Positions 62,121 through 64,000 of a DNA stretch of 64,000 nt are shown here, in pieces (positions within the stretch are counted from its first letter, which is position 1; each line of letters opens with the position of its first letter). Origin of the DNA: Gemmatimonadota bacterium (GTDB lineage Bacteria; Gemmatimonadota; Gemmatimonadetes; Palauibacterales; KS3-K002); assembly GCA_039586795.1 (NCBI GenBank), contig JBDHJS010000014.1:1-64000 (forward strand), given 5' to 3'. The notes beneath the pieces were generated by a model that ran no database searches, was not told the origin of the DNA, and was given only the letters and a program-made list of their open reading frames with translations. Position numbers and translations under genes: made by a program.

Positions 62121-62742
62121 GAAGACTCCCGAATTCAACGGTCTCGTCTACGTTCATGCGGACGAATCGTGCTTGGGCAATCAGTTCAGCGACCGCGCGA
62201 CACCCGGCGCCGCCGCCGGCTTGCTCGAGGTCTTCGACGAGCGCCGCGGCTGGACACGCCGCGACTACTACGTCTCCGAGCCCGACACCACCAACAATCG
62301 AATGGCGATTCGCAGCGCCATCGAGGCTTTCTCGAACTTGAAGACGCGCTGCAAGGTCGCCTTCCATTCCGACAGCAGCTACCTCATCAACGGCATGAAG
62401 GACTGGATCCACTCGTGGGCCAAGCGCGGCTGGAAGCGCAAAGCTGGCCCGATCGAGAACCTCGAGCTCTGGATCCGCCTCTGCAACGTAATCGGCGACC
62501 GCTACGAGGTCGACTGGCGCTGGGTCAGAGGTCATGCCGGCCATCCCAAGAACGAGTACGCGAACAAGCTCGCCGTAGAGGCCGCCCGCAGCCAAAAGAA
62601 CTCCCGCGGCCTGATCGACTCCGGTTTCGACGAATGGATTGCCTCGGAGCAGGAGAAGGAACGGTATATGGAGTTCCTGGATATGCCGCCCGAAGAACCG
62701 TTCGTTCCAGCGCGGCCTCCGCCATCGACCCCCCTGCTCTAG
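62119..62742 (+). CDS. rnhA: Ribonuclease HI (variant active site)
   Basis: ADESCLGN, TTNNRM, SDSSYL, W..RGWK, NLELW, WVRGHAGHPKNE. Confidence 0.88.
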   Translation: MKTPEFNGLVYVHADESCLGNQFSDRATPGAAAGLLEVFDERRGWTRRDYYVSEPDTTNNRMAIRSAIEAFSNLKTRCKVAFHSDSSYLINGMKDWIHSWAKRGWKRKAGPIENLELWIRLCNVIGDRYEVDWRWVRGHAGHPKNEYANKLAVEAARSQKNSRGLIDSGFDEWIASEQEKERYMEFLDMPPEEPFVPARPPPSTPLL

Positions 62743-62798
62743 GGAACATTGAACAAGTTCAAGGTTCACCTGCCCCACAAAGAACCCAGCACGGCCTC

Positions 62799-62830
62799 AA
62801 AAAAAAAGGCCCGGCATAGCCGGGCCTTCT
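62799..62830 (-). terminator. Intrinsic terminator of secG (possibly bidirectional)
   Basis: Minus strand AAGGCCCGGC-TAT-GCCGGGCC followed by a 9-T tract. Confidence 0.85.
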
Positions 62831-62834
62831 AGAC

Positions 62835-63251
62835 TCAGTTTCCACCCTCAGGCGGCGGCGTCCCACCACCCTCCTCTTCCGTCGTCCCGCCTTCATCGCC
62901 CGTAGGCTCCAACCCCTGCACCGGAACCTGCTCGCCTTCGCGGTCGAGGATCGGCTGCGGTGCCTCCTGGACCGGGGCCTGGAACTGACCCTCGAGGATA
63001 GAGGCCGGCGCCCGCGTGCGGGCCGAGAGGATGGCCAGAAACAGAGCCAGCCCCATGAACGCGCCGCCCAGCACCCAGCTAGCCTTTGTCAGCAAAGTCG
63101 CTGCCTGGCGGCCGCCGAGGAACGAATCTGAAGAAGACGAGGCGCCTCCAAACTCCGCAGCCAGCCCCGCTCCCTTCCCCGACTGCAACAACACAACGAG
63201 GATAAGGACTGCCGCATCCAGGATCAGCAACATCAAAACAAAACCGTACAC
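62835..63251 (-). CDS. secG: Preprotein translocase subunit SecG
   Basis: VVLLQSGKGAGLAAEFGG, LLTKASW; follows tpiA. Confidence 0.93.
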   Translation of the reverse strand: MYGFVLMLLILDAAVLILVVLLQSGKGAGLAAEFGGASSSSDSFLGGRQAATLLTKASWVLGGAFMGLALFLAILSARTRAPASILEGQFQAPVQEAPQPILDREGEQVPVQGLEPTGDEGGTTEEEGGGTPPPEGGN

Positions 63252-63339
63252 TGCTACACCTTCTCTTTAGTCTCTGCCCAAACTCATGCCTGTCGCGAGA
63301 ACCGCCGAAGATATATGGGCTTAGGCTGACATGTCAACG

Positions 63340-63999
63340 TCAGCCCCCCTGGCAGATACGAGCGAAGTCCTCCGCCTTCAGGCTGGCTCCGCCTACCAGC
63401 GCGCCGTCAATCTCCGGAGCGACAAGAAGCTCATCGATGTTGCTCGGTTTCACACTGCCGCCGTAGATCACCGGTATGGCGCGGCCAGAGCCCGCGCCGA
63501 CCCGCCCCGTCAGCAGTCCGCGAATCAGCTCGTGCACCGCGTTCGCGTCATCCGCGCTCGCCGTTCGGCCCGTCCCGATCGCCCACACCGGCTCGTAGGC
63601 GATGACGCACGCCGCGACCTGCTCATCGTCGAGGCGGCTCAGCCCCGCTTCCAACTGTCGACTGACCACCGCCTCGACTTCACCCCGGTCCCGCTCCTCC
63701 AGTTGCTCTCCGACGCACAGCACCGGGGTCAGACCCGCAGCCGCGATCGCTTCCACTTTCCGCGACACGTCCTCGTCGCTGTCACCGAAGACGTGTCGAC
63801 GCTCCGAGTGACCCGCGAGCGCGAAGGCCGCTCCAGCATCTTTGGCGAGCGGAGCCGAGATCGATCCCGTGTAGGCTCCGCCTGACTCCCAATAGACATC
63901 CTGCACACCCAAGAGCAGGTCCGGCCGGTCACTGGCCGCCGCTTTGAACTCGGCCAGCGAAAGCGCCGGAGGGAAGAAGACGACGGTGCGGTCCTCAAC
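63340..63999 (-). CDS. tpiA: Triosephosphate isomerase, 5' end beyond the window
   Basis: GAYTG, GHSERR, AYEPVWAIGTG, YGGSVK, LVGGASL; frame stays open to the window edge. Confidence 0.97.
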   Translation of the reverse strand, partial: VEDRTVVFFPPALSLAEFKAAASDRPDLLLGVQDVYWESGGAYTGSISAPLAKDAGAAFALAGHSERRHVFGDSDEDVSRKVEAIAAAGLTPVLCVGEQLEERDRGEVEAVVSRQLEAGLSRLDDEQVAACVIAYEPVWAIGTGRTASADDANAVHELIRGLLTGRVGAGSGRAIPVIYGGSVKPSNIDELLVAPEIDGALVGGASLKAEDFARICQGG

Positions 64000-64000
64000 G

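Noticed and set aside
61317..62819. 500-aa plus-strand ORF, and similar long ORFs at 43257-44600, 36916-38187, 28421-29647, 39675-40916, 17150-18295
   Set aside because: Antisense or alternate-frame shadows of well-supported genes, expected with high-GC codon bias
62743..62834. tRNA-Leu often found after secG
   Set aside because: No cloverleaf, TTCGA T-loop or CCA; only a terminator and a short palindrome

Overview
High-GC bacterial chromosomal core region. Gene content and order resemble Gemmatimonadota (inference, not searched). Almost every gene from 975 to 64000 lies on the minus strand and converges on a near-canonical dif site at 930-957, so this is probably the replication terminus; xerD lies about 22.6 kb away. 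In transcription order (right to left): tpiA-secG, rnhA(+), carA, sppA-HU-hypothetical-moaDE, mdh, YqiJ-like/M28 peptidase, dcd(+), nuoA-N (C/D fused), PMM/PGM, sucCD, EIIA-CBS, ndk, yceD-rpmF-plsX-fabH-fabD-fabG-acpP-fabF, mqnE-mqnC, ispF-dedA-xerD, a putative outer-membrane protein, kdsB-pyrG-kdsA-kdsC-kdsD-lptC-lptA-like-lptB-rpoN, and a polyprenyl-linked glycosylation cluster (2 GT2, 1 GT4, WecB, flippase-like, 3 GT-C-like, methyltransferase). I found no rRNA, tRNA, CRISPR or mobile element. Best leads: (1) an unassigned, heavily structured ~370-nt minus-strand RNA candidate between mqnC and ispF; (2) the dif site; (3) an RNase HI with an altered active site whose ATG overlaps the carA ATG head-to-head; (4) tandem-repeat hairpins with 6-, 7- and 8-mer units at gene 3' ends; (5) structured leaders of sucC, mdh and plsX; (6) an N-terminally extended LptB. 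All product calls come from motif recognition by eye.
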